Made by a program: the position numbers and the translations under genes
Assembly: GCF_020745735.1 (NCBI RefSeq)
Contig: NW_026867508.1
Coordinates: 124,001-188,000 of the forward strand
Reading direction: 5' to 3'
Length of the DNA: 64,000 nucleotides
Source: Hemiscyllium ocellatum
Lineage: Eukaryota
Notes under the pieces: generated by a model
Told to the model about the DNA's origin: nothing
Databases searched by the model: none
Seen by the model: the letters and a program-made list of their open reading frames with translations, nothing else
In this document: positions 1-13,012 of the stretch, piece by piece
Numbering within the stretch: the stretch's first letter is position 1
How the letters are laid out: the number at the start of each line of letters is the position of its first letter

Positions 1-110
1 ATGTTAAGGCGTGCATTCCTGGCACCATTCTCGTAAATCTTCCCTGAGCATACGCCAGTTTCAATATATAGTTTCTGAGATGGAGGGCTGAAAAATCCGC
101 GCACTACCCA

Positions 111-482
111 TTGGAGAAAAGAAAGTTTAGGGGAGATTTGATAGAGGTGTACAAGATGATTAGATAGGGTTGACAGTGCGAACCTTTCTCCGCTAATGGA
201 GTCAGCTGTTACTAGGGGACACAGCTTTAAATTAAGGGGTTGTAGGTATAGGACAGATGTTAGGGGTAGATTGTTTACTCAGCGGGTTGTGAGTTCATGG
301 AATGCCCTGCCAGTAGCAGTGGTGGACTCTCCCTCGTTATGGTCATTTAAGCGGGCATTGGATAAGCATATGGAGGTTATTGGGCTAGTGTAGGTGAGGT
401 AGGCCTCGGTCGGCGAAACATCGAGGGCCGAAGTGCCTGTACTGCGCTGTATTTTTCTATGTTCTATGTTCTATGTTCTATG
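111..482 (+). mobile_element. CR1 LINE 3' fragment (RT C-terminus plus 3' UTR and microsatellite tail)
   Basis: Translates to ...TRGHSFKLRG..YRTDVRGRLFTQRVVSSWNALP...FKRALDKHM, the CR1 ORF2 C-terminus, and ends in a (TTCTATG)n tail. Closely similar to the 3' ends of the copies at 7.9-8.4 kb and 54.7-57.6 kb. Confidence 0.92.
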
Positions 483-644
483 TGCCCCAAATGTAGTCTG
501 ACCAGAGCCTTGTAAGGCATGATGGAATATACTCAGGATGATGAATGGCTGACTCCTGTGGCTATGTTCCTGTGATAGAGAATTATACACACTGAGAGAC
601 TCGGGATAGGAGAGAAACTGAAAGATTTTATTGTATTTTATGGT

Positions 645-3412
645 TTAATGATAGATCAGGGTAGCGAAAGGGCATACAAACATTTTCTTTACTTCCTCAC
701 GAAACTTGTTCTCGCATAGTACATAGGTGAACCCGTTAATGAAGAAACTTTAATAAATTAAGCACAATGCTCACCTCTTGGAAAATGTATTGTGGATCAT
801 TGAAATTTAGATTGTTGTTCAAGCCCTTACCTATAACCCGCACGTGGACGACGTTTTCCACATACGTCACCCACAGGAGAAGGAAAGTCAGAGAGATAGC
901 AAAAAGCAGGATAATGGATCTCCTACAGTTGGCCATTTCCTTGTCTCCACTGTCCTTGGTGCCTTGGAATGTCCTGCGGGCTTTGATGACTGCGAAGATG
1001 TGTCGTTCAGTCAAAACATTGAGTAAAGTAAATGAGGAAGAATGGGAGAAAGGGCGTTAAGATGCGTTCTAGTCAGTGATAGGCCTGCTAAGCAGGCAGG
1101 GTGTAATAGATGGACTTAATGTCACAGAACCAGGGGACTCCATCCACATCGAATAATGGTTGGCAGAAGAAATAATGCAGGAAATGTTTGATACAGCTCA
1201 TGGCACATACTGTTCCTATGACCACCGATGCAGTTTTCTCTGTGCAGCATCTAGCCTTCAAGCTCTGCCAGTAGATAGCATCTAAACGGTCGAATGTGAA
1301 GGCTGCTGTCAGGCAGACTGAGCCATCCTGGCTTACATAGATCAACACTGCACTGTGCGCACCGGCAGGGGTGGTAGACAGGACACTGTACCGGAAATAA
1401 ATGCTGAAAATGCGTTAGAATTTGATGGCCGTGAGGATGACAAGGAAATCAGACACCGCGATTGTCACCAGGTAGAAGCAAATGCATCAGGAGAGATTGC
1501 ACTGACCTCGGGATAGGATTGTGATCATGACTAAGCTGGCCGTGACAGACAGAAGGACAAGGAGCTGTAACTGACAGCAGCCAAAACGGAGTCCCTTCCG
1601 GTTGTTTGTGCAATCCTGATCCATCAATTTGCCATCTCTATACTCCGATTACTCTCAATCAGTGAGAACTGTAGGAGATCAAATGCTGCAGTAAATATTT
1701 GTTGAGAACAGACTTACTCCAATCAGCACTGTTAACCTCTTCAGATCCGTGTTCTGTGTACCGTGTCAGGTCCCGTGGCGAACTATCCAACTCAACTCAC
1801 CTGAAAAATTTCCTCCCCATCCCCTATTCATATCAAGCCGAATAAATTAATGTCACTGACCTACCTTGGATTTCTATCCGAAAAACTCTCAGCCGTTTCG
1901 AGTTTATTCTTCGAATTTTCAAGTATTCCTATAATCTCACCATTCTCATCCTGTAGCATTCTACTAATTTCGGAGAGAGCATCTGAACTCAATTCCGAAC
2001 TGGATGCACATAAGTAATCTCAATGAATTAAACAGTACGAGTTTAAACTTCAGCTGGTGATGGAGTGAATGTTCAAACATTGCCCCTTCACTGTGCATAT
2101 CTTCCATTCCATCTTTAAAGTGTTCCTTCTAAATGAACTCTTTGATTGTATTTTTTCTGATTTCTGCCTTAATACCTCCTTGTGCTATTTAGTTTTCAAT
2201 TTTTTGTTAAATCTCCTGTGAAGTTTCGTCACTAAGTTTAGGAGAGTAGTTGAAGAAAGAAGGTCAACTCCAATTTTTGAGACGAATATCAGAGACAGGA
2301 ACTTTAATACAAACAGAAACTGCTCGAGCACCTTAGGGGATCCGTCTTTTTCTGTGAAGACAGAAACAGAAGTAGCATTCAGGGACTAATGCGCCACTGC
2401 TTCAGGACTCTCTAGGTAAGCAGGGTAGGTTCACTGTGACAATGATATTCCTGTTCTACTAAAGACTAAAACGCATGTAGCTTTCCTAAAATAAATACTA
2501 AATGTATAATACTAATCAGCAAATCAAAAGAAAGTACACAATAAATACAAATTGTTTCATCTTCACTCGCCTCTTTCACATGTTTTCCTAATTAATTCCT
2601 ATGAGCACGTCAAGAGAGGGAATGCCCAACCAGCGTTCACTATGCTATAACATGCTGAGAATTGCATTATTCCAGAGGTGTGAACATCATTTTCCAATCA
2701 AAGATATTGCATGTTACAATTCATGAAATAAATGTAGTCATTCATTTTCACATGCAGCTGTCAAAGGTGGTGACAAACTTTATCACACTATAATCCACTA
2801 CGAATTGGAACAATGCTAACTAGGGTAGATTTTATTTTATAGCATTTAATTACGTGCTAGTGCTCAATACTTTATCACACTATAATACACTACGAACTGG
2901 AACAATACTAACTAAGGTAGATTTTTTTATAGCATTTTGTTAAATGCTGGTGCTCAATACTTTATCACACTACAATACACTACGAATTGGAACTATACTA
3001 ACTAGGGTAGATTTTATTTTATAGCATTTTATTAAATGCTAGTGCTCAATTATGCCCATTTTTCTTGTTCAGGCAATGCCATGCATTTCACAAATCAAAT
3101 GAAAGGTGTTTCTCTAAATGTTGAGTATTGCAAATTTGAATAATATATTGTTTTGCCGCATAACACAAATACAATTGCCACTGTATGCTTTGCAAGATTT
3201 ATTATCACGTTATGTGAAATATAGTTTGTGTCAGGTGAAATTTAAGCAGCACCAAATAGCAGAAATGGATACGAGCCAGATTCTGAAAAGGATGAGACAA
3301 AATTACTGGAGAATCTCAAAACTTGATGATATCATCACTCACCAGGGATACCAATAACAGTGAGAATGGGATACAAAATGGCAAATACTGGACCAATCGC
3401 TGCACTGGGCAT
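645..3412 (-). pseudogene. GPR139/GPR142-like class A GPCR pseudogene, two exons (exon 1 3343-3412, exon 2 about 645-1539)
   Basis: Exon 1 is 70 nt (MPSAAIGPVFAILYPILTVIGIP) followed by a GTGAGT donor. Exon 2 carries TM motifs (YLVTIAVSDF, AFTFDR, PWFCDIK, ILLFAISLTFLLLW, NKFREE) paralogous to the gene at 19-21.5 kb. It has several in-frame stops, at least two frameshifts, and an acceptor reading CACGG rather than CACAG. Confidence 0.88.
2777..3050. repeat. Three tandem copies of a 90-92 bp unit inside the GPCR pseudogene intron
   Basis: The unit ACTTTATCACACTA...GTGCTCAAT starts at 2777, 2869 and 2959, with a few substitutions between copies. Confidence 0.92.
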
Positions 3413-3879
3413 TGTCTGTTGGAAATAATAGAATACCTGAGGCTCTGTGCCTTTGCTCTGTCACACTTCCAAAGCTTTCCTCGTTTGCTTCTGCTGAGAG
3501 TCTCCAGAGGAACGACTAAATTAGAACGTGAACCTTACTCACACTTCACTGAAGAAACAGATGATGTAACAGTTACCTGATTTCTACTTGTAATATTGAC
3601 GAATTAGACGATTCAAGTATTCGTGTGATTGAACAGCTGATTCTGTACTATATGATGCCCATTTTATCCACGAACGAATCCTTTTTTTTCAACATCGATT
3701 AGAGTGGCTGATAGCAAGCACTGAACTAAATTACAAGTCGTCCATTATCAAGTCACAGACAGGATCCAAATTATTTCCTGCTTTCATGTGTTCAGAGCAG
3801 TTCATTTATCTTTGCTTAATCCCTATGTTCTTATTGCTTTCATTTCATGTACGTCTAGGGAGAGCCTTTCATCGTACTG

Positions 3880-6773
3880 AATTAGCAATCCATTGTCGCA
3901 GACTAACCCTTGCCTCCTCAACATAGTTGTAAGTCAGGAACAGTAAAGGAGCAGTCACTTTATTGGGAGTATTCTATAGGCCCTTCAATCGCTACAGACA
4001 CACTGAGGTGCAAATTAGGAGACGGATTTTGGAAAGTTGCGGAAGTAACGGCATGTTGCCCTGGATGACTTTAACTTACCGAATACTGATTAGTTAGTTC
4101 AAATTGTTAGGGTCAAGCAGTTTTCGTTTATCAGCTATGTCCAGAAAGGTTCCTGCCTCAGCATATAGATAGACTGACCAGAGGGGATGCCGTTATATAT
4201 CAGATTTTTGCTTGGCAACGAATCATACCAGCTGAGAGAACATTTGAGCCATAGTAATCGTAACTCCCTCACCTTTCAATGCTCATGGAAATGTACAGGA
4301 CGAGAAGTACGGGAAAATATTTAGTTGGGGAAGGGGAGATTAGAATATTATTCAGCAGGAACGAGGTCGCCTAAATTGGGAACAGATGTTCTCAGAGAAA
4401 TGCATGACAGAAATGGAGAGATTGTTTATGGCGCAATTGCTGATAGCTGTTGACAGGTTTCTCCCAAGCATGCAAAGAAGGAGTGACAAGATGGAAGAAC
4501 GTTGCGTGACAAAGAATGTGCAACATCTAGCCATAAAGAAGGAGAAAGCTAATTTACTGTTGAGGAGGCGAGGATCAGATAGGACTCGAGAAGGTTGTAA
4601 TGCAGTCAGGAAGGAATTGAACAATGAACTGAGGAGAGCTAGAAGAGGGCATGGAAAAGCTTTCGCAGATAGGATGAAGGAAAACACAAAGGCCTTTGAC
4701 ACTTTTGCGAGGAACACGATAATGACCAGTGTGAGGATAGGGCCGACCAGGGATAAAGAGGGTTGGGGAACTGTGCCTGGAGTTGGAGGAGGTAGGGAAG
4801 GAACTTTATAAGAGTACTTTGCCTCAGAGTCACTCCTGGAAGGAAAGTTGACGTTTCTGAGGACGGCGTGAAACAAGCTGATGTGAGCAAACATGTTGGT
4901 GTTAAGACAAAGGATGTGATAAGATTTTGAAATTCATGAGGATGGATAAGTCCCCTGGGCCAGAAAGGATATACTCTATGCTTCTATAGGAAACGAGGGA
5001 AAAGATTTCTGTAACTTTGCTGATGATCTTTGCACCCTTAGTGTATAATGGATTAATTCTCGATGATTGGAGAGTGGCAAATATTGTTCTCTTCAAGAAA
5101 CAGAATTGGTTAAATCGTGAGCACTCTAGAGCAGCCAGTCACACGTCTGTGGTGGGGAAGGCATTGAAAGAAAGGTTCCATCATTGCATGTAAAACCAGA
5201 GTTTGAGTAAAGTAAGTCAGCATGGCCTTATGTGCGGCCGGTCATGCTACACACAATCTTGAGTTATTTTAGCATGTAACAAAGCGTATTGATGAAGGTA
5301 GAGCATTGGATGTGATATATAAGTAATTGAGCAATGCGTTTGATAATGCTTCCCATGGTAGGCTCATTCAGAAAGTAAGGGAGTGCAGGGAAATCGGGAT
5401 GCAGAATTGACTGCCTCACAGAAGACACAATATGGTTGTATATGGAAGGCTTTGAGGCTCAATTTTGGTGACCAGTGGTGTTCTGCAGGGATCGTTTCTG
5501 GGATCTCTGCTCTACGTTATCTTTATACTTGCTTTACTCACTCACGGACTGAGGACGTCACGGGATAACTGACACTTATTGACAATCCCAGCGGGCAGTT
5601 AAGAGTCAACCAGGTAAGGATGGCAGGTAATATCCTTCCTGGAATGGCATTAGTGGACCAGATGGTGTTTTTCTTCCAACAACCGACAATGTATTGTGGC
5701 CATCTCATCCTGTTCATTCCAGATGTTTGTTGAATTCAAATTTCACCATATGTTGTGGCTAGATTTGAATGCGGGTCCCAACAACATTATCTGGGTCTCT
5801 GGGCTAAGAGTCCGGACATGACACCACTCGGTCATTAACGCCCCTTCAATCACTTCGACAAGGAAGGGGAAGGGTGTCCTAGTAAGTTTGCAGATTTCCC
5901 GAAGTTTGGTGCAGTGGTATATATGTGGAGAGCTTTGTAGTTTGCAATGCGACATTGACAGGATGCAGAACCGGGCTGATAATTGGCAGTGAAATTCCTC
6001 CAGGAAAAGTGTGAAGTGATCCAATTTGGAAGGTCGAATTTGAATGAAAAGTACAAGTTTAAACGCTGGATCCTTGGCTGTGTATAGGTAAACAGGGATG
6101 TTGAGGTCCAGGTCCATACATTATTAAAATTTGCCACACAGGTTAATAGGGTTTCCGAGAACTAATATTGTGTGTTTGGCTTTCATTAGCGGGGCAATTC
6201 TGTTTAAGAGCCACGATGTTACGCTGCAGATAATACAGCACCAGTGAGACCACACTTGGAACATTGTGTTCTGTTCTGATCGCTTCACTATAGGAATGAT
6301 GTAGAAGCTTTAGAGAGCGTGCAGAGAAAACCTACCAGAATTATGGGTGCATTTTAAGGATGTGTCTTACGAAGAAACGTTGAAGGAGCTGGGACTTTGC
6401 TTGTTGGAGCAATGAAGCATGGGATCTGACTTTGAATGAGGTGTACAAGATGATGAGAGACATAGATAGAGTGGATGGCTGTTGACCATTCCCCAGTCGG
6501 TTATGGCTATAACGAGTAGGCATAATTTTAAGGTGATTGGTGGAACTTTTAGGGGAGATGTCAGATGTAGGTTCTTTAAACAGAGAGTATTGGGTGCGTG
6601 GAATGCACCGCTTGCAATGGTAGTCGAGTCAGATACATTAGGGACAATTCAGCATCTCTGGGAACGGCTCATGGAAAATATGTTAGACTGATTTTAGATA
6701 AGGATTAAAGTCCAGGAAAAACTCGAGGGCCGAACGGCCTGTACTGTGCTGTCCTATTCTATGTTCTATGTTC
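3880..6773 (+). mobile_element. Decayed CR1 LINE (endonuclease and RT remnants, 3' tail) interrupted by a SINE
   Basis: VTLLGVFYRP-like endonuclease motif near 3955, ELRRARRGHGKAFADRMKEN (ORF 4386-4811), RT remnants near 5310, C-terminal remnants at 6200-6700 and a TTCTATG tail. Many stops and frameshifts. Confidence 0.88.
5537..5845 (-). mobile_element. tRNA-derived Deu-type shark SINE (SacSINE1-like) nested in the CR1
   Basis: The minus strand has a tRNA-like head with degenerate A/B boxes, then GAATTCAA...CTGGAAT and CATCTGGTCCACTAATG...GGAAGG, which I recognise as the body of this SINE type. Confidence 0.7.
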
Positions 6774-6879
6774 GATGTTCCATGTTCAATGTAATGCTTT
6801 AGAATTCATAACTAACTATATCTGTTATGGAAGGGTAGGCGAGGACCAGCATTTCCGTTCAAGACAAAATTGTCAAGAG

Positions 6880-7222
6880 CAATGGTTCATTGATGGGCAC
6901 TGCTATCTCACAGTGGAGGATCCGGTTCCATTATTGATTCTAGCCTCAGGCGACTGTCTGTGTAGAGTTTTCACATTCTCCCTGTGTCTGCCTGAATTTC
7001 TTCCTGGTGCACTGATTTTCTTCCATAGTTTGAAAGATATGCAGGTGAGGAGAATTGTCTATGCTAAATTGGCAAGAGCGTTCAGAGATGCGTAGGTTAG
7101 GTGCATTATTCAGGGGCAAATATACGGTAGGGGGAATGGATCTCGATTAGTTGTTCTTCGGACTTGTGAACTTGTTGCGCTGAAAAGGCCTGTTTCCACT
7201 CTGTAGGGATTTGATGATTCCA
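6880..7222 (+). mobile_element. HE1/V-SINE-like element, degenerate
   Basis: Core TGTGTAGAGTTTTCACATTCTCCCTGTGTCTGC...ATGCTAAATTG...GGCCTGTTTCCACTCTGTA, homologous to the younger copy at 22864-23089. Confidence 0.75.
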
Positions 7223-7852
7223 TGAAACAAAAAGAAAGAATATAGTTTCATCAGCCTGTAACAAAAGAAATTTGCTATTCATACTTGATCAGGCCAGGAG
7301 AGCTACAAAGTCTCAGCAAATTCATTAACTCTGAACAGTGAAGTGGATTTCCTAACCGAGTCAAATGGTGTCAAGAGCAAGAAATGGGCAAAAAATACAA
7401 TTTCTCGTCAGATTCAGCATTATCAACATCCTGGGATTAGAATTAACTGAAAACGGAACTGTATTAGTTCCATAAGGACGGTTCCACCACGGGCAGGGCA
7501 GAGACTGTGTTTCCTGCAGGGAATGAATCGAAATGACAGGAACAGATTGAGCCACTTCGCCCACCGAGTCTACTCCACTATGCAATGAGATTAAAGCTGA
7601 TCTCATAATCCATAACTCAACTTTTCTGCCTTTCCCCATAACCCCAGTATTCCCTTGCCGAATAATATTCTGTTTCTTTTACCTTGAATATATTTAACTG
7701 ATCAACTTTTCGAGCTCACTGCAATAAAGTCACCACAGATACACGATCCTGAAAAAAGAGAAAAATTCGTTCTTGACAATTTTGCCTTAAAAGAAAACGC
7801 TTACTCTGTGATTACACGCTCTGGACCTTGACCGATTTGAGGATAATTCATA

Positions 7853-8370
7853 GAAGATAGAACATAGTAAAATACAGCGCAGTACAGGCCCTTCGGCCCT
7901 CGATGTTGCTCCGACCGAAGCCTACCTAACGTACTCTAGCCCAATAACCTCCATATGTTTATCCAATGCCCGCTTGAATGACCATAAAGAGGAAGAGTCC
8001 ACCACTGATACTGGCAGGGCATTCCATGAACTTACAACGCGCTGAGTAAAGAATCTACCTCTAACATCTGTCCTATACCAACCTCCCCTTAATTCAAACC
8101 TGCGTCCCCTAGTAACAGCTGACTCCATACGCGGAAAAAGTTTCTCACTGTCAACCCTATCTAAACCCCTAATCATCTTGTACACCTCTATCAAATCTCC
8201 CCTAAACCTTCTTTTCTCCAATGAGAACAGCCCCAAGTGCCTCAGCCTTTCCTCATATGATCTTCCTACCATGCCAGGCAAATTCCTGGTAAACCTACTC
8301 TGCACCCGTTCCAGTGCCTCCACTTCCTTCCTATAGTATGGCGACCAATACTGCACACAATACTCCAGAA
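7853..8370 (-). mobile_element. Young CR1 LINE 3' fragment, 5'-truncated
   Basis: ORF 7922-8467 contains LEYCVQYWSPYYRKEVEALERVQSRFTR...FTQRVVSSWNALP, and a CTATGTTCTAT tail follows. Confidence 0.93.
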
Positions 8371-10289
8371 GAGAACAGATCATTTTCAGCTGGATATGAA
8401 TTCCCCAAAGCCTCGATGGGTGAAGAATTGAGTTCATGCCCCATGCACAGAGCAGTGATACGACCAAATTGGATTGTGTCAGTTTGAATCAAATATTTGG
8501 AACTTTAAATTGTGGTGTGTTAATGCGGAGGAAAACTGAGTGCAGTTCTTAATACACATGAAGTATCTGAATTGTCGCTCACGAACGTTACAGTGTGCAC
8601 TAAGGTTCTTATTTCGAAATTTTAACCATTTCCCCGAGAAGTTTGTCGGCAGCCTCCACACGATCCCAGTGAATTATCTGGTAGTTGATCATTTCGTCGA
8701 GAACAACTTCAACAAGAGTTTCTACGTGGGATCAAATTGGGAAATCTCATGGTTAACAAAAACGTTCTGAAGTTTATACTTTGGAAATCAATGTCCAGCC
8801 CCATCGAGAGGGGAACGGGCCAGACATCTCTCAGTCTGATTCACAAACAGAAAATGCTTGGAAAGCTCAGTGGGTCAAAGTAAATCTGCGTAGTGAGAAA
8901 TATTGCTAATTGTGTTTTTTTTAGTTTAAATCGGTTTCAAAGGTGCTCCAATAGCTGTCAATAGTTTTGGATTCAGTTTGTGCTGTATAGTGCTATAAAA
9001 CTGCAAGGATTCTTTTTTGATCGTGAGCCCTGACGTATTTCTCTCTTCTAGGGAAAATTGTTATTTTCCATCTATGCTATTACAGGGAGTAATATCGAGG
9101 ATCAATCTTAATTCATGTTTTCTGTAGCACAAGCAACTTTAATTCAGAGCTATATTACCACATATATGGGAGAGGCCAGAGATCAATACTAAACTGGTTT
9201 TCAAGTGAGACTGGCAGAGAAATAGCTCAGATCGTAAGGTCTTTGACACCCTGAGTTGCCCAAAGAAATGTAAGGTTTTTATAGTTTTTGCATTAGTTTG
9301 ATTACATGCAAAGTCGATGTCATTGTTAGCCACATCCAGAAACCTCCACCATCTTTCTATGGGATCCTACAAATCTTCTGAACGTTTTCTTCCTCTTTAG
9401 ACATTTGCCAGCTGTATCACAATATTTACGAATAACATAAATTTTCAGTAAGAACTCTTACGATTCCTGCAAAAGTTTTACAATAGCAGGTTAGGAAGGA
9501 TGTTATTCTTATTAGTAATTATAACTTCTGTAAAATCAACTCTAATATGAAGTTACTATGACACGACTGACGAATTGTGAACTGCCTTTGTCTGACTCCA
9601 GCCTCAGACTTTCAATTGTGATTTAAGATCCTATTTGTTTCGATACTGAATGTGAGTTTTAAACTAAATGGTGATTTCAAATACTTCTTTACTGTTTACA
9701 CTTTATACACTTCCGATTGCTAATTATCTTTTCTTAATAAAAATATGTATTCAAATTCCACTAATTAGAGTGAAATTCTACCACTTATAACATTACCAAG
9801 ATATTAAATGAAACGTGCTGAGATTTCACAAATTACTCGTGGTCAGCCATTTCTTCACACTATAGTTTGTAACCTGTCTTTGTCAGTTTCCCTTGATCTT
9901 TGGATGAAATAACTTGCTCGAATTAGCTCCATCTACACTTAAGTTTAATTAATTTATCTTCTCACTTTTTATGAATCTATTCTGCCCCCTCCTTGGCGAA
10001 TGGTCTTTTTGTTGCTTCGTGTTTACGCTGTCAATGACGTTATCTTTTTCCATAATGCCTCTTTATTACTTCTGAACATTTGCTCAGGGAATGCACCTAA
10101 CCTTTCAGAGAGAGTTGTTCTTTGCTTTTGCAATTTTAGAATGAGCTAAACAATTCAGAATACTGTCGTATCAAACCTTTCTGTACGTGTTTCACTAAAT
10201 GACAAACTTGGGACAGCGGTCAAACTAGAACTTCCAAGGCTTCGTGTGTTTTTGCATTTAGAAATGTTTTTAACTAAAATATGATTAAC

Positions 10290-11110
10290 CTCCTTCATAT
10301 TTGTTCCTGCGGAGAATGTCATCTTGCACTTGTGACGATGTTGCTCTTTTCAGAACGTCATGCTGTGCTTGTTTTATTTTCAGAACGTTCGTAAACACAG
10401 AGAATTTTCGAGATCGAGGTTTGATGGAATTTAGGGCCACTTGATTGTATCTTATGGATAGTGCCTCAGACAAAAGGATTTTAAGTTTTACAAGAAATAA
10501 CAATTGAAAATAAAGTGGAGTGGCCTGTTCTCCCAGCTCAGCTTTGATCTCGTCTGGTTTCCTTTTAGCAGGCTGTTGATATGTTGCTGCTGGCCTGAAA
10601 GAAACGGGTCCAGGCTGATCTTCCCTCTCTTTGGCATCTGTCCTGCAAGACACTGAATTTGATTTTACCTTTTGTTCCAAGGACTGTTTCTGGGGATGGT
10701 TGCAAGTAATAGGCAGAGCATCATTAAGTTGTGTTCGCAGAGGTTAAGATATTCTACACATTTTGTTCTCTTTGTTTGTTTTACATTCAGTAATCTTGTG
10801 TAAAAACACTCTTATGTTTAAAACTAATTAGTTGGGCCAGCTGCATCACACCTGGAATACCCACTTCATACCTGCTTAAATCAACCAGCAAAATTAGGGG
10901 CAGGTCTATCTAATTGAAAGATTTGCTGGGGTCTGACCTGGTGCATAAAACCCTGTATATCTAAATGAAGACCACAAGTCCAGCTTTGAACATTTGCTGG
11001 TTTGAACTGTTAAAACTTTTGGCCATGTAGTGTCAGCTGAAAAAACCTGAAGCGACTATCTTGTCAACTTATTTATGAGCTGCGAAAACCCGCCCTCCAT
11101 CCTCATGACA
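10290..11110 (-). mobile_element. Possible LTR-retroelement terminal repeat or 5' relic
   Basis: The minus strand begins TGTCATGAGG and the composition resembles an LTR. There is no partner LTR and no recognisable pol. Weak call with uncertain boundaries. Confidence 0.25.
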
Positions 11111-11871
11111 GTTGACTTAAACACCAAGCAAACCTATAAAATATGCAGGATATACACACTATCCTGCTGCCGTGGGAAATGGGTGAATCCTTCAGTTCTC
11201 TCATTTTCTCATGTTATAGTTTATTTATATGAAGTATAATTGCTTGTACTGGTATTATTAACGCAATCAATACAAAGAATTTGACAACTACTTGTGCATG
11301 AGATATGATCAGGATGCATGGGTGTATTTCGGTATTTAGTTTCCCAAACCCAAATCTGACGTATCCAGTTCGATTGTTATTACTCGCTGTCAACTGTATG
11401 AGTTGTCATCTCGTTTGTATGCTCAGACTATTATGAATGACTTCTTCGGCTCTTTTCCCAAACTTTTCCCTGTCTATAATCACACGCAGCATTGATGGCA
11501 CTTCCATTGCCAAGTACTTCGACACTTCTAAATGCATGACAGTTCGCTGGATGGTGAGATTCATCAAGTCTTGTCACATCGGTTTATATAAACTCTGCAT
11601 AGTATTAATAATGCTCTGCCCCGGGATGCAATTTGCAATATTCTGCCCATTTAACTTGCACTGCTTTGAACACTTCTGAGTATAGCTAGTTTATTTGAGT
11701 AAACAGCACATTGCTCTAATCAGGGGGTTCCGCAAGGATGACTGGATATTCATTGATGAAATAGGTTACATACACTTGTCACATGTCACAAAACACAAAT
11801 TGAAAGATTTTGACTGGTCATGAGTTCAGAGCTTGATCAGTGATTATTTCCTTGGTGACAATTTATTAAGC

Positions 11872-13012
11872 TGAAAATGTGTTGCTGGAAAAGCGCAGCA
11901 AGTCAGGCAGGATCCAAGGAGCATGAGATTCGATGTTTCGCGCATAAGCGCATCTTCTCTGAGATTGGGATATGGGTCGCATAATATCCATGTGTTATTG
12001 TTCCAATACGTCCATGGTTCTTGGCTAGTAGGTCAATCTTATTTTGATTGTTCCATCTGGCTCAGGCAGTGTGGACTGCGGATCTCTGACGGAATATTGT
12101 TATGTTTTCCTTCCTCTCTTTCAGGCCATCAACTACAACGAGTCACCTAGTTTTGCATTTTAGCCAGCCCGACGTGGGCTAGGCAATGATATGTTTTAAT
12201 AACGTAGGTCATATAAAGTGTGGTGAAACCACCTTATCCATCATCACACACACTCTGGCTTACCGTGTCATTACCCCACGCTAGTTCCCATTTATTTTTC
12301 TCTTTCTGTATGGCTGTTTCTTGAAGAGTCTTTTTTTTAACTTACCTCTCTTCCTTTTCAGAAAATTGTGACTGCCAGTTTTACGAATGTCTGTTCGGTT
12401 TCTGTAAACATCTTAGCTGGCTTATTGGCAAACTTCTTACCCTTGTTGCAGTGTTTCTACTTTCCAATGAGCTCTAATCCTAATTCCAGCAATGTTATTA
12501 AGCAATTTAGCTGCTTCCATCAACTCTTCAACCTGTTCGTCGAGCTGTCCATGAGACAAGGTGATGCACCTTCTCCAACCTCAGATCAACATATTATCAT
12601 GCCCTATCCCAAACTCAGGCCTACCATCTCATTCTCTACCATGAAAGCTGCTGGATTTACTGAACTGAGTTTACAAATCATTGACTATTTGTATATGCTC
12701 ACCTGCAGGGACATTGGCCTTACTTTTCATGATTCTAATAGAATCACATAATTATGAGGCTTCGTCACTTGTCTCATCAGAGTATTGGGTTAGTACCCTA
12801 AAATTGCTCATGTATCACAATCCAGACTTGCGAACACCGGTAAAGTCTGTCTACATCACTCCTCTATTGTGTGAATAATATGCTACCGACCTCATACTAT
12901 CATCACTCGTTTGAATTACTGCTGAAAATGTGTTGCTGGTTAAAGCACAGCAGGTTAGTCAGCATCCAAGGAACAGGAAATTCGACGTTTCGGGCCGGAG
13001 CCCTTCATCAGA
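11872..13012. repeat. Two direct copies (about 11872-11960 and 12923-13012) of a short dispersed repeat, probably a Penelope-like terminal repeat
   Basis: The motif CTGAAAATGTGTTGCTGG..AAAGC.CAGCA.GT.AG.CAG.ATCCAAGGA.CA.GA.ATTCGA.GTTTCG.GC occurs at both ends. Further copies lie at about 14410-14505 (+) and 33865-33940 (-). Confidence 0.6.
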
